Positions 38,371-39,728 of a stretch of 39,728 nucleotides of DNA are shown one piece after another. The stretch spans positions 1 through 39,728 of the forward strand of contig CBFGIV010000019.1 in assembly GCA_965648915.1 (NCBI GenBank), written 5' to 3'. Positions within the stretch are counted from its first letter, which is position 1, and the number at the start of each line of letters is the position of its first letter. Under the pieces are notes generated by a model that saw nothing but the letters and a program-made list of their open reading frames with translations, did no database searches and was not told where the DNA came from. The DNA comes from a candidate division WOR-3 bacterium. GTDB lineage: Bacteria; Hydrothermota; Tepidihabitantia; SM23-42; CAYGYG01. The translations under genes were made by a program, and so were the position numbers.

Positions 38371-38498
38371 TGGCCAACGGGCAACGGGCCGGGAGAATAG
38401 ATTTCGATAAGGTTCTAATCATAATCTGGTGATTTGTTGGTAAGAAAGTTCAATAAAATGTACCAACCGGGTCTATCCCGGTCTTAACTGGAGGAAGA

Positions 38499-38654
38499 TT
38501 GAAAAGAGATGTAAGGACAGGATCTGCCCCTGTCCTTAAAAAAGTTAAATTCTTGCTGAGAGACCTCTCTCTCTCTCTCTCGAGAGTGAATACTATACAG
38601 ATAGTCATTATTCGACACCCCATCTTCTGTTTTTTAACCTTTCTCTTTCTTTAA
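38499..38654 (+). CDS. Possible 51-aa small ORF containing a (CT)8 tract
   Basis: GGAGG 4 nt before TTG; MKRDVRTGSAPVLKKVKFLLRDLSLSLSRVNTIQIVIIRHPIFCFLTFLFL; no family recognised. Confidence 0.25.
   Translation: MKRDVRTGSAPVLKKVKFLLRDLSLSLSRVNTIQIVIIRHPIFCFLTFLFL
38565..38581. repeat. (CT)8 dinucleotide microsatellite
   Basis: ctctctctctctctctc. Confidence 0.9.
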
Positions 38655-38679
38655 TTTTAATAATAAAGAGGGAGGACTT

Positions 38680-39524
38680 ATGTTAAAATCAGACACCCTA
38701 TCGATGGCGGCCGATGAATATTTGATCGGAAAATCGTCGGCGATAAGAGAAATTTGTGAAATGATAGAGAAAGTGGCGGCGACCGATGCAACTGTCCTCA
38801 TTACCGGAGAGACCGGGGTGGGTAAGGGATTGGTCGCCAGACTTATTCACAGTAAGAGTGCGCGTCATAAGGAAAATTTTGTAGTCTTCAGTTGTGGCAG
38901 TCTGCCTGAGTCCCTTGTTGAGTCAGAACTTTTTGGTCACAGGAAGGGCACCTTTACCGGTGCGGTTGAAGACAGGAAAGGATTATTTGAGATTGCGGAC
39001 GGCGGAACCTTATTTTTGGATGATATTCAAAATATGCCTCTATCGATACAGGTAAAACTACTTCGTGCCCTTGAAGAGAAGAAGATAAGGAAATTGGGCG
39101 AGCCTTTTGAACGAGGGGTTAATGTTCGAATAATCTGTGCAAAAAATCAGGATCTTGAGAAGATGGTAAAACAAGGGTTATTCCGGGAGGATCTTTTTTA
39201 TCGAATAAGTGTCTTAATTCTCCATATCCCCCTATACGAGAACGAACCGTTGATATTCCGGTCCTTGCTGAGCATTTCTTAAAGAAATATGCATCAGAGA
39301 TGAATCGTTCCATACTTGGTTTTGACATTAAATCATACAGGATGATTTTAAACTATCATTGGCCGGGTAATGTCCGGGAACTTCAGAATGTCATTAAAAG
39401 GGCGGTGGTACTGACTGAGGGTAACTATATCTTACCCCGAGATCTCAGATTTGGACGTCTGAAAAAGATCGATAAAAAGGAAATAAGAAAGGCACTTATA
39501 AGAGCCAGAGGGAATATATTTTGA
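38680..39524 (+). pseudogene. sigma54-dependent enhancer-binding protein (AAA+ and truncated Fis HTH), frameshifted
   Basis: GETGVGK, ESELFGH, GTFTGA, GGTLFLDD, FREDLFYR; adding one C to the C5 run at 39228-39232 restores IPPIRER.DIP.L..HFL..WPGNVREL.N; HTH stops at ARGNIF. Confidence 0.85.
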
Positions 39525-39526
39525 AA

Positions 39527-39728
39527 GGGTTGTGTCCCGATTTCCGTAGAAATTCGTGACTATAACCCTTAACGCCGATATTATAATCATTTAAGCCACC
39601 TTGTCACTCTTTTTCTTAATCACTCCAGACATATCACGCCAGCCGGGAATCTTCCTTAAAGTGATTTGACCACTGGCAATTAGACCATAAAGTATTATTA
39701 AAAACGCACTCTCAGTTGGAAAAGGCAT
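39527..39728 (-). mobile_element. Right end of an IS256-family insertion sequence, continuing beyond the window
   Basis: Transposase-like C-terminus on the minus strand plus IR-like end (G)GGTTGTGTCCCGATTTCCGTAGAAATT starting at about 39527-39528. Confidence 0.75.
39591..39728 (-). CDS. IS256-family transposase, C-terminal 45 aa (partial)
   Basis: MPFPTESAFLIILYGLIASGQITLRKIPGWRDMSGVIKKKSDKVA* resembles the IS256 tail pattern (P...A.....LLASGQI.MRK..GW) as I recall it; not database-checked. Confidence 0.75.
   Translation of the reverse strand: MPFPTESAFLIILYGLIASGQITLRKIPGWRDMSGVIKKKSDKVA

Noticed and set aside
11..39328. The many 60-190 aa antisense or alternate-frame ORFs in the track (e.g. 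11-337, 4508-4975, 10713-11282, 14182-14697, 16449-16946, 22214-22681)
   Set aside because: They overlap well-supported genes and show no motifs or start signals; treated as shadow ORFs

Overview
Bacterial chromosomal window from a diderm anaerobe. Gene style (FlgD-Ig/T9SS-like C-terminal domains, divIVA-PNP-TPR-bamD-nadD-polA) suggests an FCB-group lineage such as WOR-3; this is inference only. It holds a four-subunit 2-oxoacid:ferredoxin oxidoreductase operon, a ComEA-like HhH/outer-membrane barrel protein, M1, M6 and S8 peptidases, an orphan histidine kinase, two MFS transporters, gyrA, a dCMP deaminase, purQ, rfbA-C-B, ArsR plus an OPT transporter, a PQQ-repeat propeller with an in-frame TGA, a NatAB-like ABC exporter, and a decayed sigma54 activator cut off by an IS256-family element that the ORF track missed. 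I saw no rRNA, tRNA, CRISPR array, prophage or recognisable defence system, and I cannot claim a proven new system. The strongest unexplained signals are: (1) nine sigma70-like promoters with a 16-bp spacer, six placing +1 at or next to the start codon (leaderless mRNAs, including gyrA); (2) tandem HhH-barrel and M1 peptidase-Omp85-like barrel fusions; (3) a TGA at a conserved Trp position; (4) two candidate structured leader RNAs, a leader peptide and a 22-bp perfect palindrome.
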